Positions 36,110-49,140 of a stretch of DNA of 64,000 nucleotides are shown here, piece by piece. This stretch comes from Camelus ferus (taxonomy: Eukaryota): contig NC_045697.1 in the NCBI RefSeq assembly GCF_009834535.1, forward strand, positions 42,906,001 to 42,970,000. The letters are read 5' to 3'. The first letter of the stretch is position 1. Each line of letters begins with the position of its first letter. The notes below the pieces were generated by a model. It was not told where the DNA came from, ran no database searches, and worked only from the letters and a program-made list of their open reading frames with translations. The position numbers were made by a program, and so were the translations under genes.

Positions 36110-37400
36110 TGCTCCTTTATTATTTATTCTAATTGCAAAGGTAAAAATACATGGTAAAAATAATTTAGACAATTTAGAAATGTTTTAACAAAGTAAGTGA
36201 CCACCATAATTTTAATTTTCATAGTTAAAGATAACCATTGTCCACAATTTCATATCTGTGTATACATATACATACCTATACACACATATATTAAATATAC
36301 AACAATATCAAGAATATATCTTAAACATCTTTTCATATCAGAACTCATAGACCTTTTCATATAAGTGCACATTCTATCAACTGCTGAGTATTCAATTATG
36401 TGTAATTAATTCCTATTCCTAATACTAATACCATTCATTGGTTTTAAACCTTTTTACAAATTTCGCTGTCTTGAATGTTGTTGCTTCTATATGTATACAC
36501 ACATTCTTTAAGTATACTTATGTGATCAGCTATTAGAAGAAAAAGCAGCAGAGGAGGGTGTCAGAGGGTTAGCACATTTAAGACTTTAATAGATTTTTAT
36601 CAAATTTTTTTCCAAAAGGAAATGTAAAAATGTATACTTTTCTGATATCATGTGAACATTTCCCCATACCCATGAACATTTTAAAACTTAAAATCTTTTA
36701 AAGTATTTTAAATAAAATATTATTTGTTTTAATTTGTATTTTAAATAAGATTGAGCTTTGCTAATTGACTATTTGTAGTTCTTCTTTAAGTTTTCTGATC
36801 ATTCCTTTGACCATTTTCTCTTCTTTTCTTTTCTTTTTTTAATTGAAGTACTGTCAGTTACAATGTGTCAATTTCTGGTGTACAGCAAAATGTCCCAGTC
36901 ATACATATACATGCATATATTGGTTTTCATATTTTTTTCATTAAAGATTATTACAAGATATTGAACATAATTCCATGTGCTGTACAGCAGGAATTTTTTT
37001 GAAATCTATTTTTATATATAGTTCCTTTGCCCATTTTCTTATACTTTGTTTTACCTTATTTTTGTTGCTTTGTAAGAACTCTTTGTGAATTAAGAAGTTT
37101 ACTTTCTGATGTGTCTATTACTTTTTTTTTTTTCAGTTTGTCATTTATCTTTTGGCTTTGTTTATTTGCTCTTGTGATTATTTTGCTGTCAATTTAAATG
37201 TTTTACTCTGTTCTTAAATCTGTCAGTCTTTTATGATTTTTTATGATAAATATGTTAGTCTTTGATTATTTCTAGTTTTCATAATAAAATGTGTAAACAG
37301 AAGCTTCCCTGTCACGCTAAGATTATTAAAAAAAACTCACTGATATTTTATCCCAGTACTTTCATAACTTCATATTTTTACATTTCTACCTTTGATTCAG
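36110..37400 (-). mobile_element. Very old L1 (L1ME-like) 3' region
   Basis: Degenerate antisense L1 (ttattctaattgcaaaggtaaa..ttttaatttgtattt..ttttcagtttgtcatttatcttttggctttg); hosts a younger L1. Confidence 0.55.
36820..37021 (-). mobile_element. Camelid-type L1 3' end (~200 bp)
   Basis: ttaattgaagtactgtcagttacaatgtgtcaatttctggtgtacagc. 18-bp TSD TTCCTTTG(A/C)CCATTTTCT at 36802-36819 and 37022-37039. Confidence 0.9.
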
Positions 37401-37564
37401 TCTAGGCTAAGTTCCAAGAGGGCAGGATTCTATTTCTTTTGTTGGTTTCTGTATCTCCAGTGCCTACTGAGTAGTTTAATGGAAGAGCAAAATGAATTGC
37501 CTTTTGGAAAGTGGACTTTATGGAAATGTGAAAAGGTTTAGAGAAGTTCTAGCTTTATATTTCT

Positions 37565-37566
<2 letters not shown>

Positions 37567-37595
<29 letters not shown>
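37567..37595 (+). repeat. A29 homopolymer
   Basis: Read directly. Confidence 0.9.
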
Positions 37596-38729
37596 GCAAC
37601 CAGAACAATGTAGACTCCAAGGAGAAAAGCAGATATGGTAAACTATTGGTAGTTTGAAGAGGAGGGACCCCTTCAACACACACACGTTGCATTTCTCTGG
37701 TGAAGGGCTATTACAGGTCCTGAAGTCTTATGCTTTCCTGAGCACAGGACCCACGACTCCTTCTGAAGTGTTCCTTGACAGTTGTGTAAACGGTGAGAAT
37801 AACATTACAAGTTTGAAAGTAGGACTGCTCTTCCTATTTCTACAGTTTATGGTCCCTTCCTGGATATGCATTAATGTAGAATATTTGTGTAGAAAAATGT
37901 GAACCAAAAGTTGAAGTTTGATTATTCACCCTTTAGTTCATTTTCTGGGGGATTAGGTCACTTCTGTGGTGGGAATTAGCCTGTTTCCCCCTTTGGAAAT
38001 TTACTTTTAGTAATTTAGGCATATTGTGTGTCTCAAGGGAAAAGGCTGGCTACTCAGTTTCCTAGTGAGAGCTGGATATTGGTATTCTGTCATATAACCT
38101 GATTTTAGAACTTGGGAACTTACTCAGGAACAGAAGTCAAGGCGAAGTTGTTAATTATACTTTCTATTCCATCTGTGCTGAAATTGGGGAAGACGCACAA
38201 CCTGGACAGTGGACTTGACCCAGCTGTAGGTGGCCTAAACAAAGAGGGGTGCTTTACTTTTCTCCCTGGTTTCTCTGGTTTTGCTGATATTCCGTAGATT
38301 TCACAATGATCTTGTTTGCCCACATTTTTCTTTCTTGTTGTTGTTGTAGATCTCATAGTTATTATTCCTCCAAATTTTTCACAAAAGTAAACTTCAACAA
38401 CATTTCTTGCATCTTCTTCACACCTCCCCCACAAAAACCCCCCAAAGCTATCAACAATCTCCTCAACTTTCATTTTTGTCTTTGTCTTCATTTGTTGGTA
38501 AAAAGGCAGGAAGAATTGCCTCTTTGCTGGGACATAGGTGTCAGGATGTCTTAGGAGGATGAGCTAGGCAGGAGGGCAAGTAGTGGGTTCCAAAAGAGTG
38601 AATGGAGCTAGAATGGGTTAGGTACACAAGTAAGAGATTTAGTTGGGGAAAGTCAACTACATTGGAAAGACCATTATATATTTGTAGGGTTCAGAGTTCA
38701 GGAGATCTGAGTTTCAAAAATAGTGGTGC

Positions 38730-39070
38730 TAGTCCTCTCTCTCAGATCTCCCCACGGTTCATTCTTTCTCACCATTTGGGTTTCTGTTGGGAGACCTCCC
38801 TGACCACTTAATCTAAAATTGCTCTCCTCATCTCCCATAACTCTGAATCCTTTATTCCTGCTTTATTTTTCATTATTGCTGATCACTACTAGAAATAATT
38901 TAACTAATTGATTTTCTTACTTATTTATTGTCTCACTAAACATAAGATACATGAAGGTAGCAACTTTGCTTTGTTCACTTCTGTAGCCAAAGCACATACA
39001 ATTGTACCAGCCCAAGAGTAGACATTGGCTGGATGTTCATTGTGTGCATGAATAAATGAGTGAATGAGGG
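38730..39070 (+). mobile_element. L2 3' region
   Basis: gagacctccctgaccacttaatctaaaattg..ttatttattgtctc..catgaaggtagcaactttgctttgttcac..tgaataaatgagtgaatga. Confidence 0.8.
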
Positions 39071-40484
39071 AGAGAATAAAACACAATCCTATTTGTCGTC
39101 TTATAAAGGAAGCTGTCTAATCTGTGATAATCTTTACCATATATTATCTTCAAAGAAGAGCACACTAATTATTTTGAAAAATAGACTAAATAGGCAACAA
39201 CTTTTTGTATTCATAACAAATGCAAAACTATTCTTCTCTGTTGGTCATAGATTAGCAGAAAGATGAGAATGGACAATACAAATTCTGGAGTCCTTTATGC
39301 TGAGGAAACTCCTAGAGTTATCTGGGAGTGGTTAAACAGTTAAACCAGAGAAGAAGTTTCCTTTGAGTTGACAGAAAAAGCCTTATCAGGTGAGGTCCAG
39401 AAGGTCTCGGTGGGAAACCCACAAATGGAATGATACATGAACGGCTCTTGGGCGAGCTGACAAACCGGAGGAACAGATTTTCTCTGAAAGCGATTGTGGG
39501 TAGTTTCTCAGCATCACCATAGATACCTTTTGGTAAACACCTCAGCCCTGAGTAAAATGATGAAGCAGTAACATGATGAAATCTCTTTGTTATTTCTAGT
39601 TATTTTTTTAGGGCAGATTGTTGAATTACTAGATCGAAGGGGATAAATATTTTAAATTGAATTAAAAGTTTTTTCTCCATATTATCCTTTATTTTCTTCA
39701 GCTGAAGATAAAGGATAATAATATCTGTCCTGTTGACTTAACTAGTGTTGCCAGATGGTTTAAACTCATGTATGTAAAAGTGCTTTGTAAAACATATGGT
39801 GCTGAGCAAATACCAAATATGGTTTTTTATTATAATGTATATAGATTTTGCTCTCAGAAATACTATAAAACACTTTTTGGTGTCTAGGCATGTTTGAATT
39901 ATGTGAAGAAAAGAGCAAATTTTCATTTAGGTATGCAACTGTGAAATAGGAAAGTATGGATATTTTGTTCAAAGTATTAAGAGGTTGGTAGTATGTTATA
40001 TGATGATGTTCAAAAGTACATACCTTGTCCAGAATTCTTTCTCCTACTTATTATTTCTAGTGCATCTATACCTGATGGTAGGCTCCCTGACAGTCTTAGC
40101 AAGTGAATCACTAGCTACTGGGCAGGCATTGGGAGAGCTCTGGAGTGAAAGAGTGTGGAGTTGCCAAAGTGAGCTGATTGTAGTCAGTGTTCTGTAATTA
40201 ATGCAGGGATGTGTTCTTCTGTTCTTTTTAGTATTGATGGGAGATAATGCTTATCAAATGGAGAGATGGATGAACCTCTTTGAGTGGTTCTCTTGGAGGT
40301 ATCATAGATGTTTCTAATATCTAGTTATGCCCCTGGCTTTACAAAGCAGTACATTCATGAAGTCTTCACCATGAGGGGACTTAGCAAACTTATAGCAAAA
40401 TTCTTCACCTCTGTAGATAGCACCGCCACTAACTCATGACAGCAACTAAGAGTCACACTTAGTCTATTTCCTGCACTCAAATTA

Positions 40485-41230
40485 CAGATCACTAACTCTT
40501 ATCAGTTCTGCTTCCAAAACATCTGGAATCTATGTACTTCTTTTTACCGTACTGCCATCACCCTAGTCAGAGCGTCATTATTTCTCATCTGGGCATTGCT
40601 TTAGCCTTGTCTTGTCTTCCCGATTCCACATTCATTTCCTTACAATCCATTCTCTGCCCAACTGTTGTTATGAATGATCTTTTAAAAACATAAAGCAAAT
40701 TATATCATCCTTCAGCTTAAACCTTCAACAGTATCTCATTGCTCTTCGAATAAAACCAACCTCCTTAAAATGGCCTACAAGGTCCTGGATGCTCTGTCAC
40801 CCCATTTTATACCTCTTTCTGCACCCCAGCCAACCAGTCTCTTTTCCAGTCCTCTGGCCCAGCAAGCCCTCTTGTGCCATGAGGCTTTCCTGCACGCTGT
40901 TCCCTCAGCCTTCAGTGCTCTTCCCCAGCTCTTTGTGTGGTAGCTTATCTTCATGCTTCACTTTCCGCTCAAATGACCCCTACTCAGAGAGGTTCTCTCT
41001 AACCACCCAACATAAACTGGCCTCCTCTGTGACCATCTCAGCACCATTTCCCTCATAGCACTTATCACAATGTGTAAGCATATTTAAAAAATCTATTTAC
41101 TTGCCCAACTCCTCTCTCCCCTCTTAGAGTATAAACACCCGAGGTTAGGTTTGTCATACAATGCTGACCGTAAAGCTTAGCAAAGTGTACGGCATGCGCT
41201 AAGTGCTCAACGACTGAATGAATGAATGCG
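40485..41230 (+). mobile_element. L2 3' region
   Basis: actgccatcaccctagtc..gcttaaaccttcaa..atggcctacaaggtcct..tcagagaggttctctctaaccacc..tgaatgaatgaatg. Confidence 0.85.
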
Positions 41231-43132
41231 TTCAAATGTGTTTTATTCTATCAGTTAAATTTGTTGAATGGGCAGCTAGAAGCAATAACATGTGATACTT
41301 AGCTGGAATTGGTGAGGAAGCAGTGTGGGAGAGTGGGAAGTTTTGTGGATAACGACTCAGGAGCTCTCATTTTTAGTCCTGAATCTGTGATCAGTAAGCT
41401 TTGTAACCTCTCTAAGCTCTACTTTCTGTATCTGGACAGCAGTTTCAAGCTCTGATATTTATAGGGTTCTTTAGATAGGTTGAGGGAGACCTATCTGAAG
41501 TAAGATGCTCTTAAACATTTGCAACACAGGTACCCTTAAAATTTAATGGTAGCCAGTCGGTGACCTTTAAATGGGGTATCCCTTCCAAAAATCAAAAGGT
41601 GCAGTGTCAAGGCTGCACCCAAGTCTCACTGGATATTTCAGGATATTATTTCCAACTTTAATCCTTTAGTGATTGTGAAGAAGGGATGTGTCTCTAGATT
41701 ATTTAAGGATCCTGAGGAATGAGACTTGCCCATGCTAAATGGGAATGGAGGGACTGCCTTGAAATTTATTTATCTTTTGGGCTGGTTTCCTTAATGTACA
41801 TCTAGTGGGTTTTGAACAAATTTCTTAAGAGAACTACTCTTTGAAAAAACTAAAACCATTTTTGTTGCTGTAATGTGGAATTTGACTGCAAAGAAGAGAG
41901 ACACATCCTCTCCTGGCATTTTTGATAGAGGCACACCTTAAATGATGAGTTACAGAAAGGAAAGTTGAAATATACTATCACAGTTTTCTGGTAATACCTC
42001 TAAAGTATTTATCAGAGTGAGATTTTAGGAATGCTTAGAAGTCCTTGCATTGCCAATTCTGGTCTGTTACTAGAAGTGTAGATGATTTTTCTTTTCCGTT
42101 TGAGTTTAGATATAATAAACTCTTTGAAAAAACAAAGTTGCTAATAATTTCTTACAGTTTTTGTGGTAGTATTACCTAACTAAACATTTTATGTTGCCTT
42201 TACGATAATTGGGAAGGGATTGGCACATTACATATAAGACCAGGTCTCAAATTTTTAGTTGCCAATTCTTTACTAGATCTTTTATTATCCTGTATCTATG
42301 AATGTTTTCCCTGGGCTAATAAATTCTTAGATTACTAACATTAGCTTTAATGCTATTTGTAATGTTAATTAGAGGCATCTTAAAGTCTCAAAGCAGGCTG
42401 CACTGTCTAGATTAGGTCTTAACCTAATCAGCAGCTTAATTCTGTTGCTCCCACTTTATGAAAGAAGAAACTGAGGAAAAGAGAAGGGATATAATTTAGT
42501 CTGTGCTCTAGAGAATGTCAGTAATAGAGTGGAAGACAAGGAATTAGAGTCACCAGGGCCCTGAGTGGTTGAGTTGCCCTTATCAGACTTTAGATAATTT
42601 ACACTCATGCAATGAGGAATTAATCCCACCATGAAAATTATTGATTTAGACTTGTGATCAGGAACAGGCAATGGAGCAGGAGATGGAGTGGGCAATGGTA
42701 TAGTGCCTCAAACAGCTGTGATTAATCTTGGAGACGTGGAGGTGCAGAGGGAATTGCTAAGGAGGAAGATGAAGTAAGGCTTGAGGGGTGCATGAACGTT
42801 CTTCTTAGATAATAGCTTTGGGATTTCTGTGTTGAACTGGAAGAGACTCTATGTGCATGTCCCCACTCAACTGCACATACTCTCTGCTGAACCCTCCAGG
42901 GGTCTCTTTTCCTCTCGTTACTCCTACTCATTTCAGTATGGTTTCACCTCCTTAGCTAGTTGACGCATACATAGTGGGGTCTACAATCATCGTAATGTAG
43001 ATGCCAAATACATGTTGAACTAAAAACAAAGTAAAAGTCCCTGAGTAGGTCCTGGACGGAAATAATTTTTATTTGGTCCTTTGGTGATAGCAAAGCCCGA
43101 TTAGACAACTTACTCTGTTTAAGAAGAAACTA

Positions 43133-45397
43133 CTTCACACGCATTAGGATGGCTAGTATTAAAAAAAAAACCCAAACAAACAGAAATTAAGTGTTGATGA
43201 AGATGTGGAGAAATTGGAGCACTTGGGCACTGCTGGTAGGAATGTAAAATGGTGCAGATACTATGGAAAAGACTATGACAGTTCCTCAAAAAATTAAAAA
43301 TGGAATTTCCATGTGATCTAGCCATTCCACTTCTGGTTATACACTCAAAGGAATTGAAAGCAGGAAATTTAACTAAATTAACTAAGTTGAAAGGAGATGA
43401 AAGATCTGTACATTGAAAACCGTAGGACGTTGATTAAGAAAATAAAGAAAATATAAGTAAATGGAAAGATTCCATGTTCACAGATTGGAAGACATAATAT
43501 TGTTAAAATGTCCTTACTACTGAAAGTGATCTATGGATTCAATATAATTCTTATCAAAATTCCAATGGAATTTTTCATAGAAAGAGAATAAACAATCCTA
43601 AAATGTATGTGGAATGACAAAAAACCTCAAAAAGTCAAAGCAGTCTTGAGAAACAACAAAGCTGGAGAAGTCACATTTTCTGATTTTAAACTGTATCATG
43701 AAGTGGTAGTAAACTAAACTATAATGGTATTGGCATCAAAACAGACATACAGGTCAAGGCAACAGAATAAACAGTCCGGAAATAAACCTATGCATATATG
43801 GTCAGTTGATTTACAACAAAGAAGCCAAGAATATACAGCGAGGAAAGGATACTCTTTTCAATAAATGATGTTCAGAAAACTGGACCCCTATATGCAAAAG
43901 AATGAAACTGGACACTAATTTATACCATACCTCCGAATCAACTCAAAATAGATTAAAGACTTGAGCATTATACCTGAAACCATAAAACCTGAAGAAAACA
44001 TAGGGGATAAGCTCTTTCACATTGGTCTTGGAAATGATTTTTTGGATTCGACATCAAAAGCAAAGGCAACGAAAGCAAAAATAAATGAGTGGGACTACAT
44101 CAGACTAAAAAGATTCTGCACAGCAAGGGAAACCATCAGCAAAACAAAAAGTCAGCCTATGGAATGGGAAAAAATATTTGCCAACCACAGATCCAATAAG
44201 GAGTCAATATCCAAAATATTCAAGGAACTCACATAAATCAGTAGCAAAAAGCAAAATAACCCAATTGAAAAATAGGCAAAAGGCCTGAACAGACATTTTT
44301 CCAGGAAAAAGTACGCATAGCCAACAGGTACATGAAAAGGTGCTCAATATCACTAATCATCAGAGAAATATAAATGAAAACTACAATATCATATCACCTC
44401 ATACCTGTTAAAGTGGCTATTATCATAAATACAAGAGATAACAAATGCTGGCGAGGATATGGAGAAAAGAGAATCCTTGCGCTCTCTTGGTGGGAATGTA
44501 AATTGGTGCAGCCACTATGGAACAGTATGGAGATTTCTCACGAAATTAAAAATAGAAGTAGCATATGATCCAGCAGTCTGACTTCTTGGTATATATCCAA
44601 AGGAAATGAAATCATTATCTTTAAAAGATGTCTGTACTCCCATATTCACTGCAGCATTATTCACAATAGCCAATAGGTTTGGTAAAGAGTACAGACTTCC
44701 AGTTATAATACGAATAAGGTCTGAGGATCTAACATACTAAAAAAGAAAGGTAAATGAAATACGTGAGGGGATAGATTTGTTAATTAATTCAATGTATTTG
44801 TATATCAAGTCATCATGTTGTACGTATTAAGTATCTTACAATTTTGGCAATTAAACTTCAATTAAAGCTGAGAAAAATGAATTGAAAGCAGGGATTTGAA
44901 TAAATAGTTGTATATACAACTCTTCATAGCAGCATTATTCACAGTAGCCAAAAGGTGGAAGCAACCCAACTGTCCATCAACAGATGAGTGAATAAACAAA
45001 ATGTGATATAACATACAATGAGATATTATTGAACCTTAAAAAGGAAGTAATTCTGACACCTGTTATGACATGGATGAACCTTGAAGACATTGTGCTAAGT
45101 AAAAAGGAAAAGTATTGTATGATTTCACTTATGTGAGTTCCTTAGAGGAATCAAATTCATAGAGATGGAAAGTGCAATGGTAGGTGTCAGGGGCTGAAGG
45201 GATGAGGGAACGGAGAGTTGTTCAGAGGGTACTGTTTCAGTCTGGGAAGATGAAGAAAGTTCTGGAGATGGATGGTGGTGACGATTGTACAACATAGTGA
45301 ATACAGCTAATGCCACTGAACTTCCTACTTAAAAACGATAAAAATGGTGTATTTTACATTATGTGCATTAAACGTTTTTTAAAATTAAAATTATAAA
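43133..45397 (+). mobile_element. L1MB-like element (43133-43364 and 44879-45397) interrupted by a younger L1
   Basis: ORF2 3' part and L1MB-type 3' UTR (gtttcagtctgggaagatgaagaaagttctggagatggatggtggtga). TSD AAGAAGAAACTA / AGGAAGAAACTA at 43121-43132 and 45398-45409. Confidence 0.85.
43365..44878 (+). mobile_element. Nested 5'-truncated L1 (ORF2 C-terminal half, internally deleted 3' UTR)
   Basis: ORF2 remnants ([58 protein letters not shown]). Perfect 14-bp TSD GAATTGAAAGCAGG at 43351-43364 and 44879-44892. Confidence 0.92.
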
Positions 45398-45952
45398 AGG
45401 AAGAAACTAAAAGGAACTGTTGCAAGAGAGGCTCTTTAACATTTCCTTTTCAGGTACATGCGATGACCTTCATAGTGACAAGGGCCTGGCATGCCTATTA
45501 GAAGGCTAAGGACAAGGCCAGATGAGAAGAGCCACACTTTGAGAACTTGGTGTTGTTTATTTTTGTTTCTGAAGTGTGATCTTGCTCCAGGCATTTAGTT
45601 ATCATTCATATTATGGTAAAATGCCTCCCCAGTCTTAAAATTGATCATAATACTCTAGCCCATTATTATGTCCGTCACCCTTGCTCTGATGAAATCTGCC
45701 TTTATATTATTATTAGAGAAAGTGGTGGTATTTATTTATTTATTTTAGTTATTCAGTTTTATTAGGGAGAATTGTTACAATTTGACTGTACGTATACAAT
45801 ATATTGCATGTAAATACTTATACACAATATACTGCACGTATTTCTTTAAATTTACATATATGTACTATTCATTGTTTCTAAGAACGTTTAGAGCTTTAGC
45901 TTTTTAAACTTACAAAGTTATCAAAGGAATAAAGCCAACCACAAAATAAGGA

Positions 45953-46128
45953 TTAATTAAAAAAGATACATACACCCCGCTATTAATGGCAATATTATTT
46001 ATAATGGCCAAGATATGGAAGCATCCTAAGTGTGCATCAGTAGATGAATGGATTAAGAAGATGCAGCATGTATATGTAATGGAATACAACTCATCCATAA
46101 GAAAGAAGGATATTTTGCTATTTGCAGC
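45953..46128 (+). mobile_element. Isolated internal L1 ORF2 fragment without 3' UTR or tail
   Basis: Translates to LFIMAKIWKHPKCASVDEWIKKM..YVMEYNSSIRKKDILLFAA, then stops abruptly. Confidence 0.85.
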
Positions 46129-46204
46129 CCTTCATTCACTTCTTTTTTCTTTTTTTGGAAAAATGGTGATTTTTAGATCTTTTGTTTCTTTTTTTTCTCT
46201 TTCA

Positions 46205-46650
46205 TTTGCCAACAAAAGAGTTGTCAAAAGTAATGTTTATAATTATTTAACGGATTATTTGCTTATTAGATATTAATCATTCTGCCGTGCCTAGGGCCCA
46301 TGCTGGTGCTTTGCTGCTAGAACAGTGATTCTGATCTCAATTAGATTATGTCTCTCTCCTTTACCTCCCCATAAATCATTCCGGCAAACTGAAATTAACA
46401 GCTACTGGAGCGCATTAATAATCTGCCTCACACATTGGAAAATGCATTAGCCGGAACCCTCCCATCGCTCTGACTGTTAAGCACATCATTTTGTTTATGA
46501 AATATAAACATTTCATGGAAGAGCTCTCCCACATTTCTCTGGGCCCGTGACAGCTAAAATGATTGCACACAATTGCCAGTCAGTCATGCGCCCAAATAAA
46601 GTTTGTTTAAAGTCAAGGTTCTGTGACTGCCCCATTTTCAGCAGGCATTT
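46205..46650. promoter_or_regulatory. Candidate conserved enhancer
   Basis: Repeat-free with about 8 retained CpGs. PBX-HOX-type CCATAAATCA, TGACAG, CCGGAA/TTCCGG and an inverted forkhead pair. Confidence 0.5.
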
Positions 46651-46699
46651 AAAAACCTACATTAAAAAAAAAAAAAGAAATCCCCTATGATCATGAAAA

Positions 46700-46915
46700 C
46701 AGTAATAATAGTACCTAAAATTGATACCTCCTGTGTACAGTCCTTTGCATGGTTTACAAAGCGCTTTTGCTTTCTTATGCCTGTGAGCCTGCAGGGTGCT
46801 ATTATTATTCACATTTTATCTTCTCCCATAGGGAAACTAAGGCTGAGAGGTGATTTGATCAAGGTCACACAGCAAGTGGTGGAAGGTCTAGAGTCCAGGA
46901 TTTGACTGTAAGTCC
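46700..46915 (-). mobile_element. MIR SINE
   Basis: gggaaactaaggctgagaggtgatttgatcaaggtcacacagcaagtggtgga. Confidence 0.8.
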
Positions 46916-48739
46916 CATGATTTTTTTCAATGTTCTGCATTCTCTACTGCAAACCACACTCTATTTCTGTTTGTTAAATATAATGCAGCCAGGTGTCCTT
47001 TGTGGAGAAATAAGTGATCTGCCTTTATTCTTACAGATTAAAGAGCAAAACCAAGAAAAATTAGAGGTAAATGGATTATTTTCTTTGTTTTCATATACTG
47101 CACTTAGTTATTGCATCAGTTACATCCTGCTGTACAATTCAGTGATGATGTGCACAGCAGATTATTTAAAATGAAGATCTGACATATTACCAACAGCATT
47201 GTTTTTACTCCTATATAGATAGCCTTTCTGGATGATTCAAGCACTTAAACACCCTCCTTAATTCAACAGCAAATATCTGAGTCTTAATTTTGACTTTAAG
47301 AAAAAGTCAGATGGCAGCAAAATTGATGGGTATTTTTTGTTGTTGTTATGCCCAAGCAGTCTTACTTAGGGAAGTAAACTGACTACCACTCAACTCATCT
47401 CTAAGATCACCAGCAGTACTGACTGCAGCATGTTTCAGCTGATTTAATTGTGGCAGATAAATAACAGTCTTAGCTACCGAATGGCAGAAACAAAAATATA
47501 AATATGTTGGAACTTTTAACAAATTTATTGACAGTGCAGACTTTGGAAAAATTTGCATCTGGTACCCATTGTTTTTATTGCTTATTGTTTGTCTACTCCT
47601 GAGGATTCCCAGAATTGTCACTTCCTAACTGTGTGGTTAACCTCGCTAAACTTTATCTAGAAAATAAAGATAATAACATACCCTCACTATCTCAGACTTA
47701 ATTTGAAGATTAAATGGGGAAACGTATGTGAAATGTGTCTGACTAGAAAATTCCTCAGAATTATATTATCATTTTTATCAGTTATTTTGTGGTCAAGCAG
47801 TTGAACAAATTCTTCTACAACGTGTTTTTTCTGAGGAGTTCAGATAGCTGAGAAGACAGGACGTGCAGTCTCTTGACAGATTGTTGACTGATGCTACAGG
47901 CACCTTACTCCTTTTGTCCCCACCTTCCCAAAGACTCACTCATTCACTTGCTCGCTGAATGAGAACAAGAACAGAGATGTCTTTTGCCTGACTCCTCTAG
48001 TTTCATGAGTATGTGTTAATAGGCTAGAAGTACCCATGATTAGGTTTGAATACCAACCTGAAAAAAATGAAAATTTATTGATTGTAGACCTTCAAGAACT
48101 TTGAGAACATGACTGGTGTCTTTGGGATCCCAGTACCTAGCAGTGTTTAGCCTTCAGTAGGCATGCAATGAATGTTTGTTTCACAAATCGAAAAATGTCA
48201 CCCATTTCAACCATGCTTCCATTGCACGAAACATTTTTCCATTCTCTACTTTTAGGTTGCTTTTAGCGTGGGCTTATAGGTCATGGGAACAAACAAAGCC
48301 CCACAAACCAAACCTGTTTCATTAGTCTCAGGCCAAACTAAAATTTTCAGGCTGGCCTCATTCACAAGTCTTGGCCAGAAATGTCTTTGTTTCAAAAGAC
48401 TTTGCTCCCAAAAGGATTTGGGTTTGTCATGGTGATGATATTTAAATGACTGTGCAAAAGCTTTTTTAACAATGCATTATATCTCATAAACACATCTTGT
48501 GAACATGTATTATTACAAGTGTCTTACTTAAGCATTTTCATTAAGGGAAAGAAATACCATGCAGGTGAAAGTCAGTATGAGTTAAAATTTAAAAAATATG
48601 AACCTTAGACTTGATTGAAATCCATTTGTTTTGAAATACACTGGGAACATGTGGAATATTATTGTCTTTTTGCGTGAAACTATAGTGATGCATTCTGTGA
48701 ATGCTTATTAAGCATTATCTGGATCTTAATTACTGTTTT

Positions 48740-49140
48740 ATGCCTCTGCACCCTGTAAAAGAAATCACCATTGTAGTTTTCCAGAAGCCTTCAGTGGCAG
48801 GGTATTTAAGATCTTTCAAGCAATATTAATTTGGAGGTAAATAATTACTTTTAAAATGCATGAAATTAAGTAATTTTTGTGCAATGTATGCTACTCTTCA
48901 AGCGGTCTTTAATGAGTGCAATATAATAAAGCAATAATTGAATTGATAATGTATTTATCCTTCCTGTTAAAAGCTCTTTCTTCTGCCCAGCAATAGGAGA
49001 GGGTCATTTGGGAAGCGATCATTAAGTATGCTTGATACATACAATATTGCACAGACCTGCCAAGTATCTTTTGGAGAAGCAGCTTCTATGCATGTGTAAT
49101 AACCAATCTTTAAATGTCAAAGGTGCAGCCATTTTAAGAA
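48740..49140. promoter_or_regulatory. Candidate conserved non-coding element
   Basis: Repeat-free, with a very high density of TAAT/ATTA cores. Conservation not tested. Confidence 0.35.

Noticed and set aside
43961..44568. ORFs resembling reverse-transcriptase-element protein
   Set aside because: Frameshifted L1 ORF2 remnants; non-functional.
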